Shown: positions 9,898 to 22,941, numbered from the stretch's first letter. The stretch: DNA of 64,000 nucleotides from an uncultured Candidatus Rokubacteria bacterium (GCA_963789955.1 CAWBMV010000036.1:152142-216141); one strand, 5' to 3'. Translations and numbers: made by a program. Notes: generated from the sequence alone by a model not told the origin.

Positions 9898-10668
9898 TCA
9901 GCGATTCAGGAACTTCACGACCGTGTCGACGAAGGCTCTGGCCTGCTCGATCTCGGGATGATGACCGGCGCGCTCGATCAGCTCGAAGCGCGAGCCGGGG
10001 ATCAGCTCGCTGTAGGCGCGCCCGTACGACGGCTTCACGATGCCGTCGCTGGCGCCCCACACGACGAGCGTCGGCACCGCGATGCGGCGCAGCCAGCGCT
10101 TGAGCTGCGGATTGTACATGTACGGATTCCAGCCGTAGAGACAGAGCGCGTCCCAGTTGCGGGCGCGGATGACGAGCTCGTCATCGGACAGGGCGTCGAG
10201 ATCGGGCGTCCACGTCGCGGGATCGTGCCAGCTCCGCCGCTGCACCTCCGGCGGCGCCGTGTTGAAGACGTCCAGAATGTCCTGCGTCTCGCGGTCGCTG
10301 ATCTTGATGCCGAAGGCGTCGACCAGCACGAGCCCGTCGAGCCGATGGCCGCACTTGACGGCGATCTCCGCGGCCAGCCATCCGCCGAACGAGAGCCCCA
10401 TCAACGTCACCTTCTCGTGAGGCAGCGCCTCGAGCACGTCCAGATAGAAGTGGACGAGGTCGTACACGGTCTCGAAGTCCGCCGGGCGCACCGACCGCCC
10501 GAAGCCCGGATGGGACGGAGCGATGATCTCGGCGTGATGGCCGAGCATGTCCAGAAACGGCGCCCGCGGCTCGACGGTCTGCGCTCCGTGCAGCAGCAGC
10601 ACGGGACGACCGGCGCCGCGTCGCAGCACTTCCAGCTCGATTCCCCCGACGACGAGCCCCGCTGACAT
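9898..10668 (-). CDS. Alpha/beta hydrolase
   Basis: LLLHG, HPGFG, GLSFGG nucleophile elbow and AGHHP; ATG after GGAGGAG. Confidence 0.88.
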   Translation of the reverse strand: MSAGLVVGGIELEVLRRGAGRPVLLLHGAQTVEPRAPFLDMLGHHAEIIAPSHPGFGRSVRPADFETVYDLVHFYLDVLEALPHEKVTLMGLSFGGWLAAEIAVKCGHRLDGLVLVDAFGIKISDRETQDILDVFNTAPPEVQRRSWHDPATWTPDLDALSDDELVIRARNWDALCLYGWNPYMYNPQLKRWLRRIAVPTLVVWGASDGIVKPSYGRAYSELIPGSRFELIERAGHHPEIEQARAFVDTVVKFLNR

Positions 10669-10718
10669 AGCTCCTCCGCGCTTCGAGCGCATAGGGTAGC
10701 ATGCGAGGGGGTGACGAC

Positions 10719-11448
10719 ATGGACATGGTCGTTCGCGTTCTCTTGCTCGGACTGGTCGTGATGGCGATCGGTGTGATCGGAGACGCGCGCGCCCAGACGC
10801 CGTCGCCGGCTCAGACGCCGACACCCGCCCCGATCGTCGGCAACATCTACTCGGTCACGTACATCGAGGTCATGCCGATCTCGAAGGCGGAGGCCGTCAC
10901 CCTGCTCCGTCGCTACCGCGAGACCGCGCAAAAGGAAGGCGGCAATCTGCGCTGCGAGGTCGTGCAGCGCATCGATCAGCCGCACCAGTTCGCGATCTTC
11001 GAGATCTGGAAGGACCAGGCGGCGTTCGAGGCTCACGGCAAGAGTCCCGAGCACCACCGAGACGCGCGAGAAGATCGCCTCGATCCGCAACGCGCCGACC
11101 GACGAGCGGGTGCACACCGCCCTATCGATCGGGCCGATCGACGCGCCCGCGGCGCGCGGCGGCATCTACGTCGCGACGCACGTGGACGTCATTCCCCCGC
11201 GCAAGGACGACGGCGTCGCCGCGCTCAAGCGGCTGGGCGAGGACAGCCGCCGGGATCACGACAATCTCCGCTTCGAGGTCGTCCAGCAGATCAGCCGGCC
11301 GAATCACTTCACGGTGATCGAGATCTGGCGCGACGCCAAGGCGGTCGAGACGCACTCGATGGCGGCGCCGACGCGCGAGTTCCGCGACAAGCTCGCGACG
11401 ATGACGGGTGCCTTGTACGACGAGCGGATGTATCGGGCGATCGACTGA
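10719..11448 (+). CDS. Exported protein with tandem ABM (antibiotic biosynthesis monooxygenase) domains, frameshifted
   Basis: Signal peptide ending ARA-Q, then two repeats of NLR.EVVQ.I..P..F...EIW.D..A.E.H; indel near 11045; exact start uncertain. Confidence 0.75.
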
Positions 11449-11491
11449 CACACAGGGGAGCCTCAAGGGTTTCCCCCGAGAGCTCGGGGTC

Positions 11492-12043
11492 ATGCTACGA
11501 GAAGTGATCAGGACCGAGCGCCTGGTCCTTCGACCGTGGTCGTTCGACGACGCCGGCGATGTTGTCCTTTACGCCAACGATGTGGAATGGAGTCGGTACC
11601 TGCGAATTGCGCAACCCTATTCGCTGGCGGATGCGCGAAAATTCATCGCCAGGCAGGTGTCGCTGAATCGTCACGAGTCCCCTTCGTGGGCCATCGAGCG
11701 TGAGGCCCGCGCCGTCGGCGGGATCAATCTGCGGCTGCTCTCCGACTTTCGGATCGGCGTGCTGGGGTACTCCATCGCCCGGGCATACGGGGGACGCGGC
11801 CTGGCCACCGAGGCCGCTCGCACCATCGTGGACGCGGCGTTCGAGGGTTACCCAACCCTCACACGCGTCAGGGCGTTGGTCGATGCGCGCAACCTCGCAT
11901 CCCTGCGAGTGCTCGAGAAGATCGCGATGAGACGTGAAGCCGTTCTGTCGTTGGGCCGCCTTGGCCCTGACGGGCTGGTGGACGAAGTCTGGTGTGCGAT
12001 ATCGCGCAGCGAGTGGGAAGCCGAACAGGCGACTGGTCGGTGA
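11492..12043 (+). CDS. GNAT (RimJ/RimL-type) N-acetyltransferase
   Basis: IRTERLVLRPW, LGYSI...GRGLATEA and NLASLRVLEK motifs. Confidence 0.85.
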   Translation: MLREVIRTERLVLRPWSFDDAGDVVLYANDVEWSRYLRIAQPYSLADARKFIARQVSLNRHESPSWAIEREARAVGGINLRLLSDFRIGVLGYSIARAYGGRGLATEAARTIVDAAFEGYPTLTRVRALVDARNLASLRVLEKIAMRREAVLSLGRLGPDGLVDEVWCAISRSEWEAEQATGR

Positions 12044-12064
12044 AGCGCCTGGTTTCACCCCCGT

Positions 12065-14414
12065 TCATCGAATCTCGATCCGACGCGCGCGCGCCTTCAC
12101 GACCACGATACGTTCATCGAGCGTCCACCCGGCCTCGCTTCGCTCGAGCGCCGGGCCGTCTAGCCTGGGGTATCGGCAGACCGTCTGCCGAAACGGAGCG
12201 AACAGGACCTCCCTGGCGGAGCCGGAGGATGTAGGTCGCCGGCGTCGCGCTCGCTTCGAAAGCAATCTCGTTGCCCTGACGACGGCAGCGTAGAGCCACC
12301 GTGCCGGCATCCCCTCGCAAGGTGAATACGGCTTCGCTCGTGACGAACGCCTCGATCGTGAGCGGATCGGCCGATCGCTCGCCCACGTGACTCCGCTCGG
12401 GACCGAGGACGACCAGGCTGTCGTCCCTGACATAGAGCGGTAGCTCCTCGAGCGGCACCTGACGCCGGATCGTCGTCGGCCCCTCGTGGACGGCGCCGGT
12501 CCACCAGTCGGTCCACTTCCCGCGCGGCAGGTACGTCGTGACCACGCCGTCCTCGCGAACGACCGGGGACACGAGCAGCTCGCGCCCGAGACAGTACTGC
12601 AGATCGAACGCATACCCGGCCGGATCGTCGGGAAACTCCATCACCATCGGCCGCATCAGCGGCACGCCGTCCTCCGACGCCTGCCAGCCGTAGCTCACCA
12701 GGTACGGCACGAGTCGGCTGCGCAGCCGGGCGTACTGACGGAAGATCCGCAGCGCCTCGTCCCCGTAGCGCCACGGCTCGCGCGGCGTCGCCCCATGAAA
12801 TCGGCTCAGCGCCGAGAAAAATCCGCACTGCGACCAGCGCACGAAGAGCTCCGGCGACGGATCGCCCCAGAAGCCACCCATGTCGTGGCTCCAGTACGCG
12901 AGGCCGCTCATCGACGCGGCGAGGCCGCCGCGCACGGTGTTGGCGAGATCGATGAACGTGCACTCCGGGTCGCCCGACCAGTGGCCCGGATAGCGCTGGA
13001 CACCCGGCGCGGCGCTCCGCGACCACGCCACGACGCGCTCGGCGCGCGCATGCGTCGCGTCGAAGACTTCCTTCTGGAACAGGAGCGGATACGGATTGTG
13101 CATCTCGGCGCCGGTGAGCCCGTTGGCGAAGACCGCGTCGGCGGGAATCTCCTCGGCGAAGTCCGGCTTGAACGAATCGGCGCCGAGCTCGAGCTGCTCG
13201 GTGAGCTTGCGGCGGTACCACTCCGCGGCCGCCGGGTTCGTGAAGTCGACGATCGCGCAGAGCCCCATGCCACGCTCGGTGCGCTGACTCCAGACGATCG
13301 GATGATAGACGCTGCCGTCGGGCCTCCGAAGGAAGTAGCCGTGTGTCGCGCCCTCGCGATAGAGAGCGCTCTGGAGCGACACGTAGGGATTGATCCACAG
13401 GCAATTGTGAAAGCCTTCCTTGTGAAGCTCGGCCATGAGCCGCTTGGGATCCGGCAGACGCGCCGAGTCCCACTCGAAGTCGCACCACATGTAGGCGCGC
13501 TGCCAGAATGAATCCAGGTTGAAGACGTCGCAGGGAATCCCCTCGGCGCGCAGGCGCCGGGCGACCTCGAGGACCGACGCCTCGGTGAACTGCACGAAAC
13601 AGGTCGAGGCCCAGAGGCCGAATGCCCACTCGGGGGGCACGGCCGGTCGCCCGGTCAGCCCGGTGTACGCGGTCACGATCTCCTTCGGTGTGCCGGCCAT
13701 CAGGTAGTAGTCGAGCTCCTCGCCCTCCGCCTGCACCGTATAGGCGCGGTTCGACAGGCTGCCCAGGTGAAAGCCGACGGCGGTCGGCACGTCCACGAAG
13801 AGCCCGTAACGGCGGCTGCCGACGACGACCGGAAGGTTCTTGTACGCGAGCTCGGAGCGCGCGCCGTACGGGTTCCGGTTCCAGATCCGCACGGTCCGAC
13901 CGACCAGGTCGAGCCGGCCGAACCGCTCGCCGCTGCCGTAGAAGTGATCCTCGGGATCGAGCAGCAATGTCTCGACCACGCCGCGAACGCGCCGGGCCGG
14001 GTCGTGCGGCAGGCTCTCGACCTCGAATCCGGGCCGCGGCCCGAATCGCTGGCCGGCGAAGTTGGCGTCGTCGCTTACCTGATGGGTCAGGAGCCGGCCG
14101 TCCGGCGTGCGGAACACCAGCTGCCACGGATCGAGCGTGGCCTCGACGACGAGATGGGTCATGCGCAACGTGACACGATTCGGGCCCTCATCGACGGACC
14201 ACGAACCCGGATCGGGCCGCCCGACGACGTAGCTGAAGCGCTTGGCCGGGGCCACCGGCCCGGCCGTCGTCCGGACGCGAACGATGCGCGGAGCGACGGC
14301 GCTCAGCGCCACGCGCGCGGCCGCGAGCAGTTCCGTCACGCACTGGAATTCGATGCCCGCAGGCGTCCGCTCCCAGCCGAGCGCCCTGATGATGCCGAGA
14401 TTGCGAGTCTCCAC
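12065..14414 (-). CDS. GH31 glycoside hydrolase (alpha-xylosidase YicI-like)
   Basis: FGLW, DVFNLDSFW, FKPDFAE (nucleophile), HWSGD, WSHDMGGF and PLMRPM motifs; the C-terminal tail shifts into the frame ending at 12065. Confidence 0.88.
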
Positions 14415-14420
14415 GTCGAT

Positions 14421-15245
14421 CTACCCCTTGACCGCCCCGAGGGTGAGGCCTTTGACCAGGTAGCGCTGCAGGGCGACCGTCATGACGATATTGGGAAGCA
14501 TCACCATCACCGCGGCCGCGCTCATCTCGCCGTAGAGCGGCCCGGCGTCGGTGTTGAGCCCGGCGATGACCACGGGCAACGTCTTGGCCTCGACGCCGCT
14601 CAGGATCAGCGCGAACAGGAACTCGTTCCAGGACACGAGAAACGCGAAGATCGCCGCGACGACGAGCCCGGGCGCGGCGATCGGAATCACGATCCGGATC
14701 AGCACGCCGAGACGCGAGCAGCCGTCGATCATCGCTGCCTCCTCCACGTCCAGCGGCACCTCGACGAAGAATCCGATCAGGAGCCAGATCGAGAACGGCA
14801 GCGCGAACGAGACATACGCCACCAGGAGGCCCGTGTACGTGTCGAGCAAGCCGAGCCGCTGCATCATCAAGTAGTACGGCACCACGAGCACCATGCGCGG
14901 CGCCATCCGCGTCACCAGGACGAGGAACCGCACCGCTTCCGAGCCGCGGAAGTGAAAGCGCGCGAAGCCATAGCCGACGAGCGTGCCGAGCACGAGGCTT
15001 CCGAGCGTGGTCCCGATCGCGATCACCAGGCTGTTCTTCAAGTACTGAAGGAACGGAATGTTGTTCAGCACGCGCGTGTAGTTGTCGAGGATCGGCGTGA
15101 AGAGCCACTGCGGCGGCCTGGCGTAGAGCGCGAGCTCGGTCTTGAAGGACGCGGTGGTGATCCAGTAGATCGGGAACAGCGTCCAGGCCAGGACGGGTAC
15201 CAGTGCCACACCGGTCAGGGTCGCGCGCAGCCGGGACGGCTTCAC
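14421..15245 (-). CDS. Carbohydrate ABC transporter permease (MalG-like)
   Basis: EEAAMIDGCS EAA loop and SWNEFLFA. Confidence 0.92.
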   Translation of the reverse strand: MKPSRLRATLTGVALVPVLAWTLFPIYWITTASFKTELALYARPPQWLFTPILDNYTRVLNNIPFLQYLKNSLVIAIGTTLGSLVLGTLVGYGFARFHFRGSEAVRFLVLVTRMAPRMVLVVPYYLMMQRLGLLDTYTGLLVAYVSFALPFSIWLLIGFFVEVPLDVEEAAMIDGCSRLGVLIRIVIPIAAPGLVVAAIFAFLVSWNEFLFALILSGVEAKTLPVVIAGLNTDAGPLYGEMSAAAVMVMLPNIVMTVALQRYLVKGLTLGAVKG

Positions 15246-15246
15246 G

Positions 15247-16116
15247 TCAGCTCCGCGCGCCCTGCGGTCTCAAGATCGCGCGCAGCAGGACGAAGCACAT
15301 CACCGCCACGATGATCAGGGTGACGATGCCGATCGCGTTGGCCTCGCCCATGTGGCCGAGGCCGAATGCTCGGTAGTTCAGCATCTGCATGGTCTGGGTG
15401 GCGGTGCCGGGCCCGCCGCCGGTGAGCACGAAGATGATGTCGAACTCGCGGAAGGCGTCCATCCCGCGGATGAGGACGGCCAGCAGCATGATGTAGGTGA
15501 GCAACGGCACCGTGATGTGCCGGAAGCTCTGCCAGGCGGACGCGCCGTCCACCGCGGCCGCCTCGAACAGCTCGGCCGGAAGCACCTCGAGGCCCGCGTA
15601 CATCACGAGGAACATGAACGGGATCGTGCGCCAGGCGTCGACGAGCGTGATCGACACGAGCGCCAGCCGCGGATCGCTGAGCCAGGGCAGGGGACTGAGC
15701 CCGACTGCGCCCAGGTAGTAGTTCAGCACGCCAAGCTCGGGATGGAAGATCACGCGCCACATCGTGGCGCCGACGACGGGCACGACGAAGAGCGGCAGCA
15801 GCAAGAGGACGCGGATCGGACGGAGAAACTTGAACGGCTGAGCGAAGAGCAGCGCGAGCCCGAGCCCGGCCAGGAACTCGACCAGCACGGCACCCGCGGT
15901 GAAGAAGGTGGTGACGACGACGGCGCGCGTGAATTCTGGATCGTCGGCGAAGCGCGTGTAGTTGGCGAGCCCGACGAATCGGATGTCGCGCGGGCGGATC
16001 AGCCACCAGTTGTAGAGGCTGATCCACGCTGAATAGGCGAGCGGGATCAGATCGATCGCGAACAGGAACACCAGGCCCGGAAGCAGGAACCAGCGTCCTG
16101 CCCTGCCGCCGGCCAT
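15247..16116 (-). CDS. Carbohydrate ABC transporter permease (MalF-like)
   Basis: FVGLANY, EAAAVDGAS..QSFRHITVP and LTGGGPG. Confidence 0.92.
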   Translation of the reverse strand: MAGGRAGRWFLLPGLVFLFAIDLIPLAYSAWISLYNWWLIRPRDIRFVGLANYTRFADDPEFTRAVVVTTFFTAGAVLVEFLAGLGLALLFAQPFKFLRPIRVLLLLPLFVVPVVGATMWRVIFHPELGVLNYYLGAVGLSPLPWLSDPRLALVSITLVDAWRTIPFMFLVMYAGLEVLPAELFEAAAVDGASAWQSFRHITVPLLTYIMLLAVLIRGMDAFREFDIIFVLTGGGPGTATQTMQMLNYRAFGLGHMGEANAIGIVTLIIVAVMCFVLLRAILRPQGARS

Positions 16117-16130
16117 CGCCGGGCGCGCCG

Positions 16131-17382
16131 CTATTTCCCGAGGATCCGGTTCGTCCCCGCGTCGATCTCCTTCAGCGCGGCCTCCAAGGTCAGCTCGCCG
16201 GCGGTCAGCCTGCCGGCCGTGACGCGGAGATTCTCCTGGATGTCCGCGTACTCTCGCAGCCGCGGCCGCTCCTTCGTGATTTGTAAGCTCACGAGCAGCG
16301 TATCGGCATACGGCAGCGCCGCCTTCGTGCTGGGGTCCTTGAGCACGGAGAAGCGCGGGCTGTGGATCGCGGAGGTGGCGCTCGGAAACGTCACCGCCGC
16401 CTGGCCGAACTCGCGCCCGGAGAGCCACGTGGCGAACTGCCAGGCCGCGTCCTGGTTCGCGCTGTTCTTGGCGATCCCGATCGTCCACACGCCGCGCATC
16501 GGCGTCTGCCGAACCGCTTTCGGCACCTGCGCGTACCCGAGCTTGCCGGCGACGCTCGAGCGCGTCTTGTCTTCCATCGGCTTGGCGCCCGACGCCCACT
16601 GGATCGCCATCGCGGCCTGGCCGAGCTGGATCGCCTTGTTTACGTCGGCGAAGTTGTAGCTCTTGACGTTGGGCGGCGTGTACTTCAAGAGCTCCAGAAA
16701 GACCTCGCCGCCCTTCTTGCCGGCCGCGCTGTTCAGGCTGCCCTTGCCGCCGTCGACCAGCTCGGCGCCGTACGACCACATCGCCAGCAGCATGTAGAGC
16801 GCGGTCTGGATGTCGCTGCTCGCGGTGATCGCGATGCCGTACTGCTGCTTGGCGGGATCGTGAAGAGCCTTGGCGTCGGCCAGGAGCTCGTCCCACGTGG
16901 TCGGCGGCTTCAGCCCTTTCTGGTCGAAGAGATCCTTGCGGTACACGAGGAGCTGCACGTTGGGATCGACCGGCACCGCGTACTGCGTGCCCTGGAACGC
17001 GCCCGACGCGACCGTCGTGGGCACGAAGTCGGCCATGTCCAGGGTCTTCATCCGCTCGTTGAGCGGCAGGAGAAACTCCGACAGCGGCGGAATCCACGGC
17101 TCGTCCATGAACAGGACGTCGTACCGGCCGCCCGTGCTCAGGGAGAGGAGCTGCTTCTTGTACAGGTCACCGAACGGCGCGGCGTCGACCACGACCTTGA
17201 TGCCGGTCTTCTTCTCGAACTCCGGCAGGTTCGCGCGCAGCACGTCTTCCTTGTAGCCGGCGAGCATCGAGAGCGTGATCGTCTTGCTCTGCGCCGACAC
17301 CGGCGCGTCGGCGACCGGCGCGACCGCCAGCAGGAGGACGAGCGCCGCCGCCAGACGTGCGAAGCTCGCGAGCGATCCTCAT
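16131..17382 (-). CDS. Sugar ABC transporter substrate-binding protein
   Basis: FEKKTGIKV, YRKDLF...PPTTWDEL and GQAAMAIQW; signal peptide LAAALVLLLAVA, with an apparent indel just after ATG 17382. Confidence 0.88.
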
Positions 17383-17517
17383 TATCGGCATCTCGGCCCC
17401 GCGTCGAGAATGGCGCGACGCTACGCCACGCTCCGGGGCTGTCAAGCGACCGAGGCGGGGGATGGGAGCACTTGGGGGATCGGCCCACTGACGGTAAGAT
17501 CCACCAGCGGTTCCACG

Positions 17518-19547
17518 ATGCCCAGCCACACACGACTCGAGTTCATCATCGAGGCGGTGCCGGCCCTGATCGGCTACGTTGACGTCGATGAACGCTACCG
17601 CTTCAACAACCTCGCCTACCAGGACTGGTTCGGGCGCCCCGTGGAGGAGTTCGTCGGACGCACCGTCCGCGACATCCTCGGTGACGTGGCGTACGCGGCC
17701 GTCGCACCGCACGTGCGGAGCGCGCTCGCCGGCCGTCTCGTCACCTTCGAGAGCGAGCTGACCTATCGTGATGGCAAGCCACGCTACGTGCGCGCCACCT
17801 ACGTGCCCGACGTGGGTGAGGACGGTCGGGTGCGCGGCTTCGTGGCCCACGTCAACGACATCACCGATCTCAAGCAGGCCGAGGTGGAGCGCGAGCAGCT
17901 ACGGCGACACGCCGACGAGCTGGCGCGCGTGTCTCGCCGGCTCACCGAGTCGCTCGACATCGGCGAGGTGGCGGAGCGGATCGCCGAGTGCATCCTGCCA
18001 CTGTTTCAAGCGCAGTCCTCGGTGGTCCGGCTGCTGCTCCCCGATGGCTCGCTCGCGTGTGTGGCCATCGCGGGCAAGTGGCTGGAGAACTTCAAGCCCG
18101 GCTACCTCCTGCCTCCCGGCGTTGGCCTCGTGGGACGCGCCGTCATCGAGAGGCGCGCCCTGTGGACGCGCGATATCCTCGACGAGCCGAGCGTCGTCCT
18201 CACCCCGGAGTTCCGGCGGGGTCTGGCGGGCGCGGGCCACCACGCGGTGCTCGCGGTGCCGCTGCAGGTCAAAGGCGAGATCATCGGCGCGGTCTCCACG
18301 GCGCACGCGGAGATCCGTACGTTCTCGCAGGCCGAGATCGACCTGCTCCAGGCCTTCGCCGACCAGGCGGCCCTGGCGATGCGCAACGTGCAGCTGTTCG
18401 CGAGAGAGCAGACCGCACGCGCCGAGGCAGAGGCGGCCAACCACGCCAAGGACCAGTTCCTCGCCCTGCTCGCGCACGAGCTGCGCAACCCGCTGGCGCC
18501 GATCGTCACCTCGGCCGCCCTGCTGCGCCGACCCGGGATCGCGGCGACCGTCGTCGAGCACGTCGGCCGGCATCGTGGAGCGGCAGGCGCGTAGCCTCGC
18601 CCGCCTCCTCGACGATCTCCTCGACGTCTCGCGCATCACCCGAGACCGGGTCGATCTGCGCTCGGATCGTGCTCTCGATCGCCGACGCCGTCGAGCGCGC
18701 ACTGGAGGCGACGCGTCCACTCGTCGACGAGCGGCGGCACGTCGTGTCGGTGACTCTGCCGGAGAGGCCGCTGTACGTCGAGGCCGACCCGGCGCGGCTC
18801 GAACAGATCATCGTCAACGTGTTGAACAACGCCGCCAAGTACACACCGCCCGACGGGCACATCAGCGTGGTCGTCGCCCAGGAGGGCGACGAGGTCGTCC
18901 TGCGGGTGAGCGACACGGGCATCGGGATCCCAGAGGACATGCTTTCGCGCATCTTCGACCTCTTCGTCCAGGGCGATCAATCGCTCGCGCACACGTCCGG
19001 CGGACTGGGCATCGGCCTGACGCTGGTCCACCGCCTCGTGAAGCTCCACCATGGGCGCGTCGAGGCGCACAGCGACGGGCCGGGGCGCGGGAGCCAGTTC
19101 ACGGTCGCGCTGCCGCTCAGCCGCCAGGCGTCCGCGCCGGCCGGTCCCGCGTCCGCCCCCGCACGCTGTCCGCCGGCTGACGTACTGCTGATCGAGGACA
19201 ACGACGACGCGCGACAGAGCCTGCGCGCGCTGCTCGAGCACGAGGGTCACCGGGTGGCCGAGACCGCCGACGGCACGAGCGGCCTGAACCGTGACGAGAC
19301 GATGCGGCCCGATATCGTCCTCATCGACATCGGCCTGCCCGGCCTGGACGGATACGAGGTGGCACGCTGCATCCGCGCCCGGCGCGGCACCGATCCGATC
19401 CTGGTCGCGATCACGGGGTACGGACAGATCGACGACCAGCGCCGCTCGCTCGAGGCCGGCTTCGACGCCCATCTCACCAAGCCGGTCTCCCCGGACCAGC
19501 TCACCGGCCTGCTCGGCACGCTCGCGCACAGTCGCGGGAGGCGCTGA
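17518..19547 (+). CDS. Hybrid sensor histidine kinase (PAS-GAF-HisKA-HATPase-REC), frameshifted
   Basis: FLALLAHELRNPLAP H-box, NNAAKYT, DTGIG, GGLGIGL and LIDIGLPGLDGYEVA; indels near 18560-18670. Confidence 0.9.
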
Positions 19548-19697
19548 ACCGCGCTCCGTCGCAGAACCAGGATCGAGTACCCGCGTTGGTGAAGGCGGGC
19601 AGGCCCGGCGCGACATCGACTTCCACGGGTCGAGCGCCGCCTCAACACAGCGGAGCCGAAGGCGAAAATCCTGTAGGATTGCCGGACGGGGGACGCC

Positions 19698-20856
19698 ATG
19701 CCACTGCGATTCGGAGTGTTCGACCACATCGAGCCGGTGCCGGGACAGCGACTCGATCAGATCTACCGCGAGCGGCTGGTGCAGATCGAGCGCCTCGACC
19801 GCGCCGGCTTCTACGCGTATCACCTGGCCGAGCACCACACGCCCGCGATCCACAGCCTGGCGCCCTCGCAAAACGTCTTCCTCGGCAGCGTCGCCCAGCG
19901 CACGACGCGCATGCGATTCGGGCCGTGCGTCTACGTGTTGCCGCTGCACCATCCGCTCCGGCTGATCGAAGAGATCAGCATGCTCGACAACTTGAGCGGG
20001 GGACGTCTGGAGATCGGCGTGGGGCGCGGCGGTGTGATGGAAGCGTTCTTCTGGGGCCAGGAAGCCGATCCCGAGACCAACTACGCGCGCTATCGGGAAA
20101 CCCTGGAGATCATTCGCGAAGGGCTCAGCCACGATCAGCTCAGCTATGCGGGCCACTTCCACAAGTTCGAGAACCTGCCGATGTACCTGCGGCCGCTGCA
20201 GAAGCCGTATCCGCCGCTCTGGTACATGCGCAACCCGGTGACGGCCGCGATGGAAGGGATGCACACGATCATCGTCGGCTCGATCGACGGGCTCGCGGTG
20301 GCGGTCCCGCGGTATCGCGCGGCGTGGGAAGAGCATCAGGGCTCGGGCACGCTCACGGCGCAGGGGCACGAGCCGATGATCGGCCTCGTGGTGCACCTGG
20401 TCGTCGCTGACACCGACGCCGACGCGTTACGGATCGCCGCGCCCGCGTGGGAGAAGTACCGCTGGAACCTCGCCGCGCCGCGCCGTCTCGAAGCGGAGAA
20501 GCGCGGGCTCACCCAGTTCATGCAGGCCAAGGACGGATCGTTCGGCTTCGTCGGCGAGCGCCCCAAGGGGCTGCCGACGCGCGAGATGCGCCGGGACATC
20601 GACGCCGAGCTCGAGCGGTTCGATCAGGTGAAGCAGGGCTCGCATCCCAACCGCATCGGCGGCGTGGCGCTGGCCGGCACGCCGCGCGCGGTGCTCGAGT
20701 ACATGGACGAGTACGTCGCGACCGGCGCGAACTACTTTGTGTGCTCGTTCCAGTGGGGCGACATCTCCCACGGCGGACGCGATGCGCTCGATCGAGCTCT
20801 TCGCGACCGAGGTGATGCCCCGCTACGTCTCGGCGGGATCGCCGGCGCCCGCCTAA
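19698..20856 (+). CDS. LLM-class flavin-dependent oxidoreductase
   Basis: AEHH and HPLRLIEEISMLDNLSGGRLEIG; the C-terminus SIELFATEVMPRY...TAA 20856 is in another frame (indel near 20775). Confidence 0.88.
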
Positions 20857-20903
20857 GGCGCCGACCGGCACTCCTCGAAGCCCAGCGCGATGCGAGTCCG
20901 GCG

Positions 20904-22836
20904 TTACGCGGAGCGCGCCGGGCTTCGCGGAATCCAGACGCGCATCGCTCCCGGCCCCCGGTTCGCCCACGCGTAGTACGGGATCGCCGTGAGCGCCGTG
21001 CGCCGGCGGGCCGCCGACGAGCCGCGACCGATCGGGCGATAAAGACGATCTTTCCACTGCGCGATGTCGACCGCCCACCCGGAGCCGCGGACGACCGTGA
21101 TGCCTTCGAGGCGACCGGAGACCCACGCCGATTCGAGCGGCGACGTGGTGTCGATCTCGAGGTCGGCGATCTTCGTCTCGGGATGATCGGCCTGCTCGAG
21201 GCAGTAGACGAGCGGGCCGCGCTCGATCGCCACGCAGCCGCGCGTCGACTCGATCCACGGATGCGCCTCGATGAGCCGCGGCTCCATCGGGAGCTCGAGC
21301 TCGATGACGTCGCCGCTCTGCCACGCGCGATCGATGCGCAGATAGCCGTTCGACCCCGGCAAGACCGGCTTGCCGTTGACGCGCGCCGTCGCCGCCGCGC
21401 ACCAGGCGGGCACCCTGAAGCTCAACGCCCGCGAAGTGGTCGGCGCTTGCTCGACGGAGAGCCGCACCCGTCCCTCCCACGGATAGGCGGTCTCCATCCG
21501 CACCACCATCGCCGGGCCCGTGCCGAGATCGGCCGTGATACGCGCCGGAGGCGTACTGGTGGATCTGCAGGCCCGCACCGTCGCGCGTGGCGATGTAGTG
21601 GCCGAACGTCGCAACCTGACGCATGACGTTCGGCGGGCAACACGCGACCAGGTGCCAGTCCTTGCGGATGCAGCCGCCCCGGCTCAAGTGCTCGGGCTCG
21701 CCGTTGTTGGCCAGCGGATTCACGTAGAAGTATCGATCACCGCCGAGCGAGACGCCGGAGAGCACGGCGTTGTAGAGCGTGCGCTCGATGAGATCGCCGA
21801 AGCGTGATTCGCCCGTGGCCAGCAGCATGCGCCAGCTCCACATGACACTGGCGATGGCGCCGCACGTCTCGCAGTAGGCGAGATCGTTCGGCAGCTCGTA
21901 CGGCTGCCCGAACGCTTCGCTCAGATGCCGGCCGCCGACACCGCCGGTGATGTAGAGCTTGGCAGTGACGAGATCGTGCCACTGGCGGTTCAGCGCGCTG
22001 AGCAGCGCCGCCTCGCCGGTCTCGAGGTACACGTCGGTGGCGCCGGTGGTCAGGTAGAGCGCGCGGACGGCGTGCCCCTCGACGGTCGTCGCCTCGCGGA
22101 CGGGCACGCGGTCCTGGTACGAGGCCGAGCTGTTGTAGCGGCCCGGACCGAGCCAGCCGCGCCCTCGGTGCTCGAGGAAGAACGCGGCCAGGTCGAGGTG
22201 GCGCCGCTCGCCGGTCTCGCGATAGAGCTCGACCAGCGCCATCTCGATCTCCGGGTGCCCGGGCGTGGCCACCTTCCGGCCCGGGCCGAAGAGCGAGTGC
22301 AGATAGTCCGCGAAGCGCTGGGCGATCGTCAGGAGCCGGTCGTCCCCGGTGGCTCGACGGAACGCGACGGCGGCCTGGATGAGATGGCCGGCGCAGTAGA
22401 GCTCGTGTCCGTGGGCGAAGTCGGTCCAGCGCTTGCCCGGCTCCGCCACGGTGTAGAACGAGTTGATGTAGCCGTCGGCGCCCTGCGCCGCGGCCACCAG
22501 GTCGATCGTCGCCTCGGTGGTCGACCGGAGCCACTCGCTCGGCGCGCGCCCGAGCTCCCAGCCCGCGGCCTCGAGCCACTTGTACACATCCGAGTCCATG
22601 AACACCGGGCCGCGGTAGCGGGCGGTCGAGCGTCCGGCGGCGATGCGGAGATTCTCGAGATTGCCGGCCGCTTCGAGCATGCGATAGCCGTGCGGCAGCG
22701 CCGCGTCGTGGTTGACCGCCTGGCGCCGGGCCCACACACCGTCCTCGATCGTCACCGCCTGCGCGTCGAGCGTCGTCAACGTCGCCGCGGGGCTCTTCGC
22801 TCCGTCGACCGGTCCTGCCGTTCGTCGCGTCGTCAT
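20904..22836 (-). CDS. GH127 beta-L-arabinofuranosidase family protein, frameshifted
   Basis: DSDVYKWLE, HELYCAGH, GHPEIE, GHAVR, YCETC, CCPPN, RGPLVYCLE and IPYYAWANRG motifs; indel near 21550. Confidence 0.9.
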
Positions 22837-22859
22837 GATCCGCAGAGTCTACCGCGACA

Positions 22860-22902
22860 TTGACAACGATTGCGCGAATCAACTAGGTTGTGACCGGTCA
22901 CA
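22860..22902 (+). promoter_or_regulatory. Sigma-70 promoter with overlapping LacI-type operator
   Basis: TTGACA (22860-22865), 18-nt spacer, TAGGTT (22884-22889); perfect palindrome TGTGACCGGTCACA (22889-22902). Confidence 0.7.
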
Positions 22903-22941
22903 CACCGGAGCTCACTGACGAAAAGCGCGGGAGGTCTTGCC

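Noticed and set aside
11449..11491. Short intergenic stem-loops as a riboswitch or sRNA
   Set aside because: Too short and without a known conserved motif.
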